The notes below the pieces were generated by a model. That model searched no databases. It saw only the letters and a list, made by a program, of their open reading frames with translations, and was not told where the DNA came from. A program made the translations under genes and the position numbers. A stretch of DNA of 64,000 nucleotides from Prorocentrum cordatum (lineage: Eukaryota). The stretch spans positions 372,001-436,000 of the forward strand of contig CAUYUJ010000059.1 in the NCBI GenBank assembly GCA_963575745.1, in the 5' to 3' direction. This document shows positions 50,101-63,286 of the stretch, one piece after another (within the stretch, counting starts at the first letter, position 1; the number at the start of each line of letters is the position of its first letter).

Positions 50101-50519
50101 CAATTCATACCACTAATTACCCGGATCCTAAGTGGGGGTCTTGTTTTCTTTATCAGAGAAACTATGGATTCAGTTTGTGTCGGGGTTTCGGTATTCTGCT
50201 ATGCCTGGCGGCCCATAGGGGCCAGACGGATCGCGAGGAGGTGGACACCTCGCACAGTCACCCCAACTCACCCGCTGCCTTCACCACCACAGATCACACT
50301 CATCAAGATGGCCACGACCATCATCACAGCCATCAAAATACACTACCATCGTTATCATCAACACTGTCACAACCCCATCACGATCGTGATCATCATCCGC
50401 ATCAGCAGAAGCATCATCATCATCAGCATCACCATCGACCATCGATCGTCCTCATCATCACAACCACCATTATCATCATATTGCGTCACTGAATTCAACT
50501 GATCATCTTACCAGAGCTC

Positions 50520-51236
50520 CTCAAGCTTGAATTTTGAGGAAGTATCAGACGGAAGCCTCGTCTGTGTGTGAATTGCGAGGACGTCTCAAGCGGGAACCCC
50601 TCCCCATATGGGGCCCGCAGATCATACTACTAATCCGAGCGAGCCATCGGAAGCATGTAAGTGTCGTCGCTTCTAAGCTCCTGAATCCTGACTATAGAGC
50701 CTCGTGTGCGAGGGAGTTGCGAGGAAGTCTCAAGCGGAAGCCCCCTCCCCATGGGGCCCGCACCTTTATTATCAATCCGAACGGGTCATCGGAAACTTGT
50801 AACTGTCGTCACCTTTCGGCTTCTGAGAGCGGGAGTATCAGGCGGCAGCCTCGTCTGTGAATGAATTGCGAGGGCGCATCACGCGGGAGCCCCTCCATTA
50901 TGGGGCCCGCGGATCATATTATTAATCCGAGCCTGTCATCGGAAACATGTAATTGTCGCCACTTTTAGGCTAGCCGGGATTTGAAGGATGTATCAGGCGG
51001 GAGCGTCATTTGTGAGTGAATCGCGACGAAATCTCAAGCGGGCGCCCCCCTCGCTATAGGGCCCGCATTTCATGTTATTAATCCGAGCGGGCCATCCTGA
51101 GGCCCGAATATGGCGGGAGTCTCAGGCTGGAGCCTCGTTTGGGGAGCCCCTCCCCTATGGGGCCCGCAGAGCATGTTATTAATCCGAACGGGTCATCGGA
51201 AACCTATAAGTGTCGCCACTTTTGGGCTCCTGAGGC
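50520..51236. repeat. About 5 degenerate ~145-bp tandem units
   Basis: GGGGCCCGC...TAATCCGA...CATCGGAA recurs at ~50610, 50753, 50902, 51059 and 51159. Confidence 0.8.
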
Positions 51237-51566
51237 CTGACGCACGCGCCCTACTTGACCCACACGCTGTCGCAGGGCCAGACGTTGCGCAAAGGCGTCA
51301 CCATCGATTGCACCAGGGATGAGAACGCTGGTCGCACGGGCATGTCGAAAGAGCAGTGGTGGCTGCATTTTTACGTCATGCTCCCCCGCGCCACGCGCAT
51401 GCGGAACATGCTGGTCTTGCGGCCGCCTTCGCGAGAGTTTTTGGAGCGCGGGCCGCCGGCGTCCCTGCGGAAGGCGCCCCGGGAGTTCGCTAAGGTGGCT
51501 GCGAGCTCCAGGACTGAGGCGGAGCAGTTCGCGGCAAAGCCACGTTCCGTGCTGCCCCCCGCCTGA
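51237..51566 (+). pseudogene. C-terminal fragment of a Pif1-like SF1B helicase, possibly from a Helitron-type element
   Basis: LTHAPYLTHTLSQGQTL...VTIDC...FYVMLPRATR matches Pif1 motif V (TxHxSQGxT) and motif VI (YVxLSR). It is 5'-truncated against a tandem repeat. Confidence 0.75.
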
Positions 51567-52889
51567 GCGCCGCCGCGACTTGTTCGAGACTTGCGGGGTT
51601 GTCCCAACGGTTGGCTCCCGCGCCCCAGCGGCTCGCGTGGTTGCCCCAAGGGCCTCGCCCGCGGGGCTGTCCTAGCGGCTTCGCGGCGTGGCCATCGGTG
51701 GACACGCCCATGCCAGCCGCGGCGGCGACGGCGCCACGGAAAGTCTACTTGCCCCGGCCAGGGGGCAAAAGAGACGCATGGGGAAACAGGCGGGAATCTA
51801 ATAATATAGGGAGACCGGGGAGAATAGCGAGGGGGGGAAGATGAGAAGGACGGGGAGGGGAGGGGAAGGAGGAGGAGGAGGAGGAGGGGAGGACGAAAAA
51901 GAGAAGGAGACGGAGGGCGAAGATGACAAGGAAGAGGCGGCGCAACAAAGAGCGGGAGGAGAGCCTCCGCGAAGGCGAATGGGAAAAAACAAGGGCAAAT
52001 GAAACAGATTCCCATGCGGGGTCTTACCGTCGGAGTAGTTTACGGCCGCGCCATACCATACCATACCAGCGGACCAGCATGGCAGACCAGCACGGCAGGC
52101 CGGTTGTGCAGACCAGCACGGCAGACCAGCCAAGTTGACCAACACAGCACGGCACACAGTTCGGCAGACCAGCACATCAGACCAGCCGCCTATTTCAAAA
52201 CTCAGGACGAGACGTTCCATCAGGCTTCGTAGGCGCAACGACGCTTCCCGTTTTTGTCCGGTCTGGTTTTGGAAAATGGCAGCCTCGCCAGAAGATTCTT
52301 CGAAAAATCGGTTCCGGAGACGACTGCGTACCAGCATTATCTTGGAATCGTTCCCGGAGGGCTTCAAAACGACCCGAGAGTGAACCCAAGAGAGCTTTCG
52401 ATGGCCCCCCAAGGAACCCCAAAAGCGTCTCGATGGGCCCCCCAAGAGGCACCCAGGGGCCCCCGAGAGCGCCCTGAGAGGCCCCGGGGTTGCCAAAGAG
52501 AGCACCCAGACGGCCCAAAACAGCCCAAGATGGCGCCAAGATGGCTTGAGAGAGCCCCCACAGAAGCTTAAGACCCCAGCAGCCCCCAAAGGGGCCCCGA
52601 CAGGCCCTCAAGAGGCCACCATGATGCCCCCAAGATAGCCCCAGACAGCCCCAGCAGCCCCCATGGTAGCTTCAAAACAGCACGAGGACCCTTTTGTTCT
52701 TCGACGTCCTTTTCGTCGGGTGCCTTGCCGTCCTTCGTCGTCGTCTTCATTATTGGTTTTCTCCTCCTCCACTCCTTCTCCTTATAGATAACTTCTCCAT
52801 GTCGCACCCCGAGGCCAGTCGAAAGGGCGGGCTGGGCGTTTCGCTTGAGATTTCTTCACCATGTATGACCCTAATGCCCGAAAGCTGAC

Positions 52890-53470
52890 AACAGTTTCAC
52901 GGATGGAAGGCGGGTGGTTGTTCGAAGTGTGATTCTCGATTTAGCGCACCGCACATTCTTTTTTGCAAGAGCTTCGCAGATTGAGGGCGAGTCGTTTTCA
53001 AAATGTGGTTCTCGCCTGAGCGCCGCGCACAGTGCTTCTTTGAAAAAATGTCAGAGCTTCACGGATTGAGCCCAGGTCGTTTTCAAAATGGGGTCCCCGC
53101 CGTAGTGACGCGCACATTCTTTCTTCTTAGAATTTGCACGAGCTTCACGGATTGAGGGTGGAATGTTTCAAAATGTGGTTTTCGCCTCAGCGCCGCGCAC
53201 ATTCGTTTTTTATGTGCCAGAGCTGGACGGATTGAGGGCGGATCGTTTTCAAAAGATGGTTCTCCCTTTAGTGCCGCGATCATTGGTTTGTTCTTTCTTA
53301 GCTTACAAGAGCTTCACGGATTGAAGGCGGGTGGCTTTCAAAATGTGCCTCTCCCCCTTGGAGCCGCGCACCTTCGTTTCTTCAAGTTGCAAGACTTCTG
53401 CGGATTGGATCACAGATTGCAGGCGGGTGGTTTTCCAAATGTGGTTATCCGCCTTGGCGCCGCGCACATT
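52890..53470. repeat. ~75-85-bp tandem repeat, ~7 copies
   Basis: GAGCTTCACGGATTGAGGGCGG...TTTCAAAATGTGG...GCGCCGCGCACATTC recurs. Confidence 0.85.
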
Positions 53471-54109
53471 CGTTTAACAAAAAAAAGTTGCATTGTTTAC
53501 CATGGTTGCCGTACCAGAAATGATGTGTTGGAATGATTGGGGACTGCCAGGGCGCAACAGTGATTAGTGGTGTTGAAGTCCCAGGAATGGTGTTCTGGCA
53601 CGGTTCTGGATCGCCAAGAAGTAACGGTCAGGTTTGTGTTGAAGTCTTGAGAATGGTGTTTAGGCACGCTCCAAGATGTTCACACGCTTGTCCTTCACCC
53701 GGGCAATTCCCTCAGTCAGAATGGCCTTCTATGGGGCTTTATGAAGAAGGGTTTTGGATGGAGTGTGTATTTCAACATCGTTGATGAGCTTTGGGCTTAC
53801 ATCGGTCCTCCTCCTCCGCTTCGTTCTTCCTCGTACTCGTCGTCCTCCAACTCTTCCTCCTTTTCCTCGTGCTTGTCTTCCTACTCGTTGTGCTTGTGCT
53901 CCCCTCGCTGCCCTCCCCTATCATCCATGCTGCCACCCTCGACATCCGCCACCATGGCGTCGCCATCATCCTCTTCTTTGCTCTCCCCTACGAGCCCAGT
54001 GAACAAAAAATCTGCGCGTCCCGTCCTTGTCCGATGAGGCTCTCGTGCGACCTGGAGAGATTGTAATGCGGGGTGCCACCGCCAGAGCACTCCACAAAGA
54101 GTGCTTGCA

Positions 54110-54835
54110 CGTCAGGTTTCGCCGCGTCGCCGCCCCGTTGCCGCCGCCCACCCGGATGAGTCCGCCGAGGTTTCGCCGCGGCGCCGCCCGTCCAGGTTTC
54201 GCCGCGCCGCCGCCCCGTTGCCGCCCCCCCTTGGATGGTCCGTCGAGGTTTCGCCCCGCTGCCGCCTCGCTGCCGCCCACTCGGGGGGTCCATCGAGGCT
54301 TCGCCGCGTCGCCGCCCATCGCCGCCGCGTTGCCGCCCACCGCGGGGGGGGTCCGTCGAGGTTGCACCACCTTTGTTCCAACGCATGGCTTGCGCCACAC
54401 AGCTTGCACCAGACGGCTGGCACCACGTGGATTGCCCGTCGCCGCCCCGCTGCCGCCCACTTGGATGGGTCCGTCGAGGTTTCGCCGCGTCGCCGCCCGT
54501 TGCCGCCTCGTGGCCGCTTCGTTCCCGCCCCCTCGGATGGTCCGTCGAGGTTTCGCCGCGTCGCCGCCCGTTCCCGCTCTGTTGCCCCCATATCGGGGGA
54601 GGGGGTCCCAGGGTCCGTCGAGGTTTTGCCACGTCGCCGCCCGTTGCCGCCTCGCTGCCCCCCCGTTGCCGCCCACTCGGGGGGGGGGGCCCGTCGAATC
54701 CGCAGAGTCGCCACCCCGTCGCCGCTTCGTTGGCGCTTCCTCTCCACCAACTTCTGGGGTCCGTCGAAGTTTCGCCGCGTCGCTGCCCGTTGCCGCCTCC
54801 TTGCCGCCCACCGCGCTTGGGGGGTCCGTCGATGT
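54110..54835. repeat. ~60-bp GC-rich tandem repeat
   Basis: GGTCCGTCGAGGTTTCGCCGCGTCGCCGCCCGTTGCCGCC recurs about 10 times. Confidence 0.85.
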
Positions 54836-54899
54836 TGCACTACATAGTTTGCACCACATAGCTTGCACCACATGGCTTGCGTGCAATATTTATAGTGGG

Positions 54900-56560
54900 G
54901 GGCCTGGTGGTCAATTGGATGCACAGCAGCAGGCCCCAGATCCAGGGGATTGCTACTTGATTGGTCTCGGATTCCAATTGGATTCCAAGACGGATGGAGC
55001 AGACACCATTTCCAGATGATTGCCAGTGAATCCGAACAGAGTTCCCATTGGATATTGGTAAGAGCAGACCCTGTACTCGAATCTGTTGCATACTGAGTTT
55101 GCATCGGATTCCCATCGGACTCCGCCCCGAAAAAAGCGGACCCCCGATCCGGGGGAAGCCGATGGGAATCGAGCAGCACCCAGCCAGGAGCACAGCAGGC
55201 AGGGAGCAGACAACCCAAGTCCGGAGGACGCCGATCGGATGCTGGCAGGCTTCCAAGGCAGCCCCGACGCTGGCACGAGGACCACCGCGGGCTCGAGGGG
55301 GGCCTTGGTGCTCGGGCCGCTCCCCAGGCCTGGGTCGGGGAGCCCCCCTTCGCGGCAGAGGCTCTCCTCCTCTCTCCTCCTCCTCCTCCTCCTCCTCCTC
55401 CTCCTCCTCCTCCTCCTCCTCCTACCTCCTCCTCCCTCCTCCTCCTCCTCCTCCTCCTCCTCCTCCTCCTCCTCCTCCTCCTCCTCCTCCTCCTCCTCCT
55501 CCTCCCGCCGTGGCCAGAAAAACCCTTTCGTTCATTACTCTGCGTTCTTTGAGCTTGCACGGTGACTGCAGGATTCCAATCAGCATGGGGCACACCTCAG
55601 GTCCAGAGGGATTTTGATGGAGTGCAACAGAATTTAGATCAGGTGTAGCTTGGAATCGATCAGACCCCACGGTCAGATGCATTCTATCGAATTTCAATCG
55701 GATTACAGTCGGACTCCAATAGGAATGGAGCAGACCCTCGATCCATAGGATCTCCATTTCATGTAAATAGCATTCAAATTAGATTCCTGTGAAAATGGAG
55801 CAGACCCTAGATCCCGGGGGCTCGCATTGGATTTGAATCGAGTTTCTATCGAAATCCATTGGGAACAGAGCAGACCCCAGAGCCACGGGAATGTCATTCG
55901 TTTTGAATCAGATCCCAATCGGATTCTGACAAGCATGAGTCGGTCAGACCCCAGATCCACAGGTGTTTTCTTTCATTGAATCTGCTGGATACGAATAGGA
56001 TTTCAGCAGGAATGGAGCAGACCCCAGATTGGGTGATTTATTTGGGCTTTGTATAGGCTTGCGCAAAGGACGCCAATCAGCTTGGGGCAGACCCAAGGTC
56101 CAAAGGACTCGTAATGGATGTGGACCGGCTTTCATGAGGATTCCAATGGGCATTGAGAACACCCCAGATTCATACGGTAGAGGGAAACGATTACTGAACA
56201 CTCCCCCTCCCCCCCAAACTCAACGTTGGCACGCGCGGGGGAGACTGCGGTCGAAGTGCATCTCATCAGACCCACCGCTAACTTTGAACATTGGGGGGAG
56301 AGGGAGGCGTTGACGGATGAATGTGGCATGTGTTCGCTAATTTGTTCCGAGGCCTGTATGATGTCTGTAGGATGAAGCAAAGATGTCATTTGGGTTCCAA
56401 TCTCCTGGAGCAGACCCCCGGTCTAGTGGACTTACGCTTGCTGCGAAGTGCATTCCGGCAGGATTTCAAGAGGCATCGAGCAAACTCGAGGTCCAGGTGA
56501 CTTCTTTTTGACGTGTACAGGATCCGCGCAGGATGTCAATCGGAATGGTGCAGACCAGAT
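54900..56560. repeat. Highly diverged repeat with recurring (A)ATGGAGCAGACCC, interrupted by a (CCT)n tract
   Basis: The motif occurs at ~54995, 55063, 55725, 55796, 55868, 56012 and 56407. Confidence 0.6.
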
Positions 56561-56617
56561 GTGTGTATAAGTACGCATTTACCAATAACATAAATGCATG
56601 CGTATCCCCGTATGTGC

Positions 56618-56662
<45 letters not shown>

Positions 56663-57859
56663 CATACCTACAGACATACATATACGTGTGTATATATATA
56701 TAGATATATGGATTCAGATGTGTGCCCACAAGGAGCGCTCCAGAAATGGCCTCGCCTTCGAGGTTCGAAGGAGTTGACGCTTCTTCATCGGCGGAAGGGC
56801 TGCGCTAGCAGGCGGAATCAAAGTTGCGTTCCGGAGAGATTAACGTTTTAGGGGGGGCAGGGTTTTTGGAGCCCGCTGTACATGTGTACATATATAACAA
56901 TTCCAATGAGAATGTGGTGGCATTCTTTGGGTCCTCCCCGTTCTTACCCTCCTATTATCGTTGGAATATGTGTTGGTTTGGGCTTCCTGATTGCGTTCCC
57001 ACAGCTTCTGCCACCAACCTTTTGAATTCTTTGTGTTGCACTGTTTTCTTGAGAATGTTCTTAAAATTTCAGCATTCCAATTCGTTTTGCCCTACTCCCC
57101 CCAACTGGATGGATGGGGAGCAGAAAGACGACATAGAGGATTGGAAGAAGGAGGAGGAGGATGACGAGGGCCTGAGGACCATGCTCTGCAACACTGCTGC
57201 ACGGTCAGGCGCATGGGGGGTGGCAGAAGGAGGCATCCCAAAGTGGATACCCCTTCTGCCATATGTGGAACAGGCCGCGATAGGTTGTTGTCAAGATTTG
57301 GCCAGCAAAAGTATTGCCGCGTACGAATTTCCCGCTTCACCATTGTAAGTCCCTTTCTCTTCCAAATGGATGACTTGCGAAATCTGGTTTGCTATAGCAA
57401 GAAGCTACGCCCTTTATTAAATGTTGTTTGGGGGCCTCGTCTAAGTCTGGAGACCCACGGCAAAGGACACCGGGCGAAATGTGGGGCAGGGGACAAACGT
57501 AAGGGACAAGAGCAAACACGAGGGGACACGAGGAAAGACGAGGGGACGCCAGGGGGCACGAGGGGACAGCAGGGGACACGAGGGGGCACGAGGGGACAAC
57601 AGGGGACGAGGGGGCAACAGGTGGACACACGCAGGAAACCTTTTTACCTCGCAGCGCGGCAGGGGCGATCCGCTGGCGCGCTCTAGTAGCTGGAAATGCG
57701 CAAACAGAAGCGCGGGAAACACGAGGGGGCACGAGGAAAGACGAGGGGGCAGCGGCGGAGGCGCCGCTCGAGAGATAAAAATGCGTTGGTTCGAATCCTG
57801 GAGGGGGTGCGTGTTCATTTATATGTGTGTAGATATACGATGTACAGATCTACATGTTA

Positions 57860-59000
57860 TAAATACATATATATATATATGTGCATATATATGATACCGG
57901 AGAAAAATCTATCAGAGTCTTTTGATATAGGATGAGATCCTTTTGCAATTGCTCCTTAGGTTTATGAAGTCTGCGAGGGCTGTGAAGAAGGCCATGAGGG
58001 CTAGGACGATAGGTCTATAGGGCTGTAGGGCTTTGGGGCTATCAGGCTATAGGGCTATAGCGCTATAGGATTATAGCGCTATAGGGCTATAGGGCTATAA
58101 GGCTATAAGGCTACAAGGCTACAGGGCTGTAGGGCTATAGGGCTATATGGGCTACAGGGCTATTGGGCTATTGCGCTATAGGTCTGTAAAACTATAGGGC
58201 TGTAGGGCTACAGGGCTATTTGGCGGTAGGGCTATTGGGCAGTAGGGCTATCTGGGCTACAGGGCTATTTGGCTATAGGGCTGTAGGGCTATAGGGGTGC
58301 AGGGCTCTGGGTCTGTAATTAGGGCTGGAGGGCTATAGGTCTATAGGGCTACAGGGCTATAGAGCTACAGGGCTATAGGGCGAGAGAGCACCCGGGCACC
58401 CAGGCACCCCCAAGGCACCGCCGGGCACCTCCGGGCACCATTGGGCCCCCCCGGGCACCCGGGCACCCGGTCACCCGAGCCGGCCACCGAAATCGGCGAC
58501 GCACTTCACCTAACTATATGAATCCGCTAGGACCCCTGCAGAGGCAAGCTCCGATTGGGAAACATATATATATATATATACACATATGTGCATATATATA
58601 TATATAGATATGATACCGGAGAAAACCAATCCGAGTTGTTTTCATCTTATATGTGATATGTTTGCAATTGCTCCTAGTGTTGAAGGTTATATAGGGTAGG
58701 GCTATAGGGCTGTAGGGCTATCAGGCTATAGGGCTGTAGGGCTATATGGCTATAGGGCTGTAGGGCTATATGGCTACAGGAGGGCTATAGGAGGGCTATA
58801 GGGCTATAGGGCGAGAGAGCACCCAGGCACCCAGGCACTCGCCGGGCACCGCCGGGTACCCCTGGGCACCTCTGGGCACTCCCGGGCACCTTGGCACCCC
58901 CGGTCACCCAGGCACCCCCGGTCACACGGGCGGGCCACCGAAATCGGCGACGCACCTCACTTAACCATACGAATCCGCTAGGACCCACTCAGAGGCAAAC
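57860..59000. repeat. Tandem duplication of a composite unit: (TA)n, GGGCTATA array, GGCACCC array, conserved tail
   Basis: 57865-58560 vs 58565-58998 share GATACCGGAGAAAA, TTTGCAATTGCTCCT, GGCCACCGAAATCGGCGACGCAC and GAATCCGCTAGGACCC. Confidence 0.88.
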
Positions 59001-59799
59001 ATACATACATACATGTACACATAAAGACATACATCCATCCATCCATACATACATACATGCACACATAAGGGTATATATACATATATACACATACGTAGCA
59101 CCCCGCAATTGCGGATAAGAGTGAGGGGGCGGGCGCGGGCGACGCGGGCGTCGTCGAGCCGGCGGACCTCGTGGCCCCCACCTTCCTTGTCGATGGCGCT
59201 CTCCTCCTCTTCCTCCTCCTCCTCCTCCTCCTCCTCCTCCTCCTCTTCCTCCTCCTCCTCCTCCTCCTCCTCCTCTTCCCCTTCCTCGTCCTCATCGTCA
59301 TCGTCATCGTCGTCCTCCTCCTCCACCTCGTCCTCCTCCTCCTCTTCTTCCTCGTCCTCCCTCTCCCCCCCTCGTCCTTTCATCATCGTCCTCCCATTGT
59401 AGTCTTCCCCCTCATCGGCCTCCATCATCGTCCCTCCCATTGTCGTCCATCATCATCATCCTCCCCCTCCTCCCCCTCCTCGTCCTCCTCCCCCCCTCCT
59501 CCCCCTCCTCGTCCTCCTGCTCCTCCTCCTTTTCTGTCTCCACCTTCTCCTTACATCCTCTCTTTTCCGCGTTTCCTCGTCCCCTGTTTACTCCTCCTGC
59601 CTCCCCCTCCTTTCCCAAGATAACTGCAACGCAATCCTTTGTTCCACTTTATGCTCCCCGCCTTCTCTGATCAAGGCAACTCGCCAGGGCAGAGTTGCTG
59701 GACGGGCTGGTGTGGATGCGCGGGGCTTGAAGAGGTCCTTGCGGGTTCAGACGGCATGCAGATATCCGCCGCCGCGCTTGTGCGGCATTGGTTTATTCA

Positions 59800-60470
59800 G
59801 TGAACGTGGTTTAGGTCGCGGGTGGGTCGCGGGCTCTCCACCTCCACCTGGAAGGAATGCAAAAGCAGCCCGCCGCAGGCGCCCCAAAAAATGGTTCGTA
59901 CACTGAACGTGGTTTGGGTCGCGGGTGGGCCGCGGGTTCTCCACCGGGAACGAATGCAAAAGATGCCCGCCGCAGGCGCCGAAAAATGTGGTTTGTACCT
60001 TGCACGTGGTCGCGGTGGGCCGCGGGCTCTCCACTTGAAACGAATTCAAAAGATGCCCGCCGCAGGCGCCGAAAAATGTGGTTTGTACCCTGAACGTGGT
60101 TTGGGTCGCGAGTTGGTCACGGGTTGGGTCACGGGCTCTCCACCTGGAAGGAATGCAAAAAATGCCCGCCGCAGGCGCCGAAAATTGTGGTTTGTACCTT
60201 GAACGTGGTTTGGGTCGCGGGTGGGTCGAGGGGTAGGTCGCGGGTGGGTCGCGGGTGGGTCGCGGGTGGGTCGCGGGTGGGTCGCGGGCTGGGCCGCGGG
60301 CGGGTCGCGGGGTGGGTCGCGGGGTGGGTCGCGGGGTGGGTCGCGGGGTGGGTCGCGGGGTGGGTCGCGGGGTGGGTCGCGGGGTGGGTCGCGGGTTTGT
60401 CGCGGGTGGGTCGCGGGGTGGGTCGCGGGGTGGGTCGCGGGTGGGTCGCGGGGCGGGTTGCGGGTGGGAC
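59800..60470. repeat. ~85-110-bp tandem repeat ending in a (GGGTCGCGGG(G)T)n array
   Basis: CCCGCCGCAGGCGCCGAAAA recurs four times, followed by an 11-12-bp G-rich array. Confidence 0.88.
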
Positions 60471-60913
60471 GACGACAACAAACAACAAACAACAACAATA
60501 ACAAACAACAACGAGAATCCGCACCGCGGAATTCCACTTCAGCCACGCACCCAGGGACAGTGAATGACCGTTCGGCCCCCTCACTCTGACATCCATCCAT
60601 CCATCCATCCATGTTGACTGTCTGACCGTTGCCGTAATAATTGGGTCCTCGGTTCGGTGCATGATGGGGTTGGGACCGCTGTTTTGAGTGTCAGGTCAGA
60701 GCTGTTGGGGCGGGTCAGGAGGTTCTTCGGAACATCTTGGGGCCCGTTTGGGAGCCGTTTGGAGGCCTCTTTGGGCCTCGTGGGGCGGAGGGCCACCGGG
60801 CCAGAAATCAAGGCGGATCCGTATTCTAAGTACATAGGCATCCATTGTGTTAGCACAGCTACACGTATATATATATATATATATACGCATACACACATAC
60901 ACACATACATACA

Positions 60914-60945
<32 letters not shown>

Positions 60946-61239
60946 CATACATACATACATACATACATACACATAAACACACATAAATGTACGTGTGCAT
61001 ACATACATACATACATACATACACATTGCATGCATGCATGCATGCATGCATGCATACATGTGTCCGTAAGGGTTTCGCCCCCTGCTGCCAGCCCCCTCTC
61101 TCGGATAATGGGCGATGCAAGAGCTAATTCATGAGGTTTCGGCGCCGCCGTGAAGCAGCATCGGCAAGGGAAATTGAGATTCTGATGAGATTGTTGAACT
61201 CAGTGTTGCATTTTGAACCTGCCCCCGTATGCTGTGCAC

Positions 61240-61908
61240 TGAGGTTTCCCACAGAATTTCGGACATGTGGCAAATCCCTTTGGTTTTTCGACTCTGACTC
61301 CGCCGATCTGCATGAGGGGTACCGCCGAATTTCAGAAATGTCGCAAATCCCATTGGTTTTTCGACCCTGACCCCGCCGATCTGCGTGAGTGGTGCCACCG
61401 AATTTCAAGACATGTCGCAAATCCCATTGGTTGTTCGACCCTGACCCCGCCGGTCTGCATGAGGAGTGCCACCGAATTCTAGAAATGTAACAAATCCGTT
61501 ATGTTTTTCGACTCTGACTCCGCCGATCTGCGTGGGGGGGGCCACCGAATTTGAAGACATGTGACAAATCCCATTGGTTTTTCGACCCTGACTCCGCCGA
61601 TCTGCGTGAGGGGTGCCGCCGAATTTCAGAAATGTAGTCAATCCCTTTGGTTTTTCGACTCTGACTCCGCCGATCTGCATGAGGGGTACCGCCGAATTTC
61701 AGAAATGTCGCAAATCCCATTGGTTTTTCGACCCTGACCCCGCCGATCTGCGTGAGTGGTGCCACCGAATTTCAAGACATGTCGCAAATCCCATTGGTTG
61801 TTCGACCCTGACCCCGCCGGTCTGCATGAGGAGTGCCACCGAATTCTAGAAATGTAACAAATCCGTTATGTTTTTCGACTCTGACTCCGCCGATCTGCGT
61901 GAGGGGTG
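61240..61908. repeat. 73-74-bp minisatellite (~9 copies) with a 367-bp five-unit higher-order repeat
   Basis: The G(A/G)TCTG anchor lies at 61305, 61378, 61452, 61525, 61599, 61672, 61745, 61819 and 61892. Unit variants recur every fifth copy. Confidence 0.93.
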
Positions 61909-63089
61909 TCAATTTCGACCCCTCCAGAAATTCTGAGACCCCTTCCAGGAGATGCTAATCAAGCTGATTTTCGGCACCCCCCCCTCGCGCGCTCTACAAC
62001 AAGGAACAGTAAGCAGCATAAAACAATATTGTAACTGTGGAAACTGGAAACGGGAACTGGCGCAGGGAACAGCAAACCCTCGTCCTACAGCCTGGTTACC
62101 CCACAAGGGTGCCGACGGACATCTATGTGTAAATATAACGGTTCAATGATGTTGGCCTTTTTGGCCGACCCCGAGGGCTTCCACGACTATCTGGTTCTGA
62201 CATGCTTGGGTTTCTCGTGCTGCTTTTGGGACATGTTGGGCAACATTGAGGCTATACCAGGACCTCTGGGGTCAATTTTGAGGGGCACCTTGTGACTCTG
62301 TTGGACCACACTGCGCAAGATTGGCGACATTTTTGCGGCCACCGTGGGATAGTCTTGGGCAATATCTAGAACTCTGGGAGGCGTCTTGAAGCGACCATGC
62401 AACATCTGAGGAGCAGAACATAGGACAGGGAAAGAAATTCAATGTAGCAAGATGTGTGTATGTGCTTTGCTTTCTCTCTCGGGGGCGTGTTGGGGCCCTA
62501 CTGGGCCGTCTCAGAAGCATCTCGAGGCCATCTTCGGCCGGGCCTCTTCGGTGCCTCTTGGAGCCGTTCCGGAGGCCTCTCAGGCCCTCTTGGCTCTCTG
62601 GCTGCGTCTTTGTAGGAAACCCAGAGCAGCCTAGAGCGGCCAGCAGGCTGAGGGGCCCCCTCCACACACACACACACACACACAGTGCTTTCTTTGCCCG
62701 CGCGGGCCCCCTAGTCGACAGCAGAATGGAGGCAGGGCTGGCGAGGCAAGAGACAAAACCAGAAGACAGCACGAGGGACACGAGACAGCAGTCCAGCAGC
62801 AAGTTTCACAGCCTTTGCTAGACGTTCCAGCCCTGAGGGCTACCGTCGTCTTTGCAAAACGGTTGGCAGAAGATAAGTCGGCTTCGATGCTCGCGGTTGG
62901 CTCGGGGGCCTCTGGCGTCCGTGTCTCTAGCACATCGCTGGCATCTTGAAGCTCCGTGGGGACACCGTGGTGGCTGGCCCGAGAGGATCGCACACCCTTG
63001 CTCCTGATCTCGAGGGCTCCCTTTTCTGAAGACGACTGCCGCAGAGAGTGGAACCTTGATGGACAAACTCTTAAGCACCCCCAAGTTGA

Positions 63090-63286
63090 TCGGGCCGGAC
63101 GAAAGGGAGGAATTGGGAAAGGGGGGGGTACGAAATTTGCTGCATGCAGCTGGTTTCGGCCCCACGGAGGGGCCCATTCTTCGATACATAGCCGCCTCCG
63201 GCGCCGGGAGGCGCCGGGAAAATCAGCTACGTGAGCTGATTCTCAACCCCCCCCCTTTTGCTATCCCCCCCCTTCGCCCGACCCGA
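63090..63286. mobile_element. MITE of the same family as 43655-43857, TSD GTTGA
   Basis: GTTGA at 63085-63089 and 63287-63291; ends TCGGG...CCCGA. Confidence 0.92.

Noticed and set aside
56824..57348. 174-aa ORF as a further exon of the helicase gene
   Set aside because: No recognisable motif, low GC3, and no convincing splice pair.
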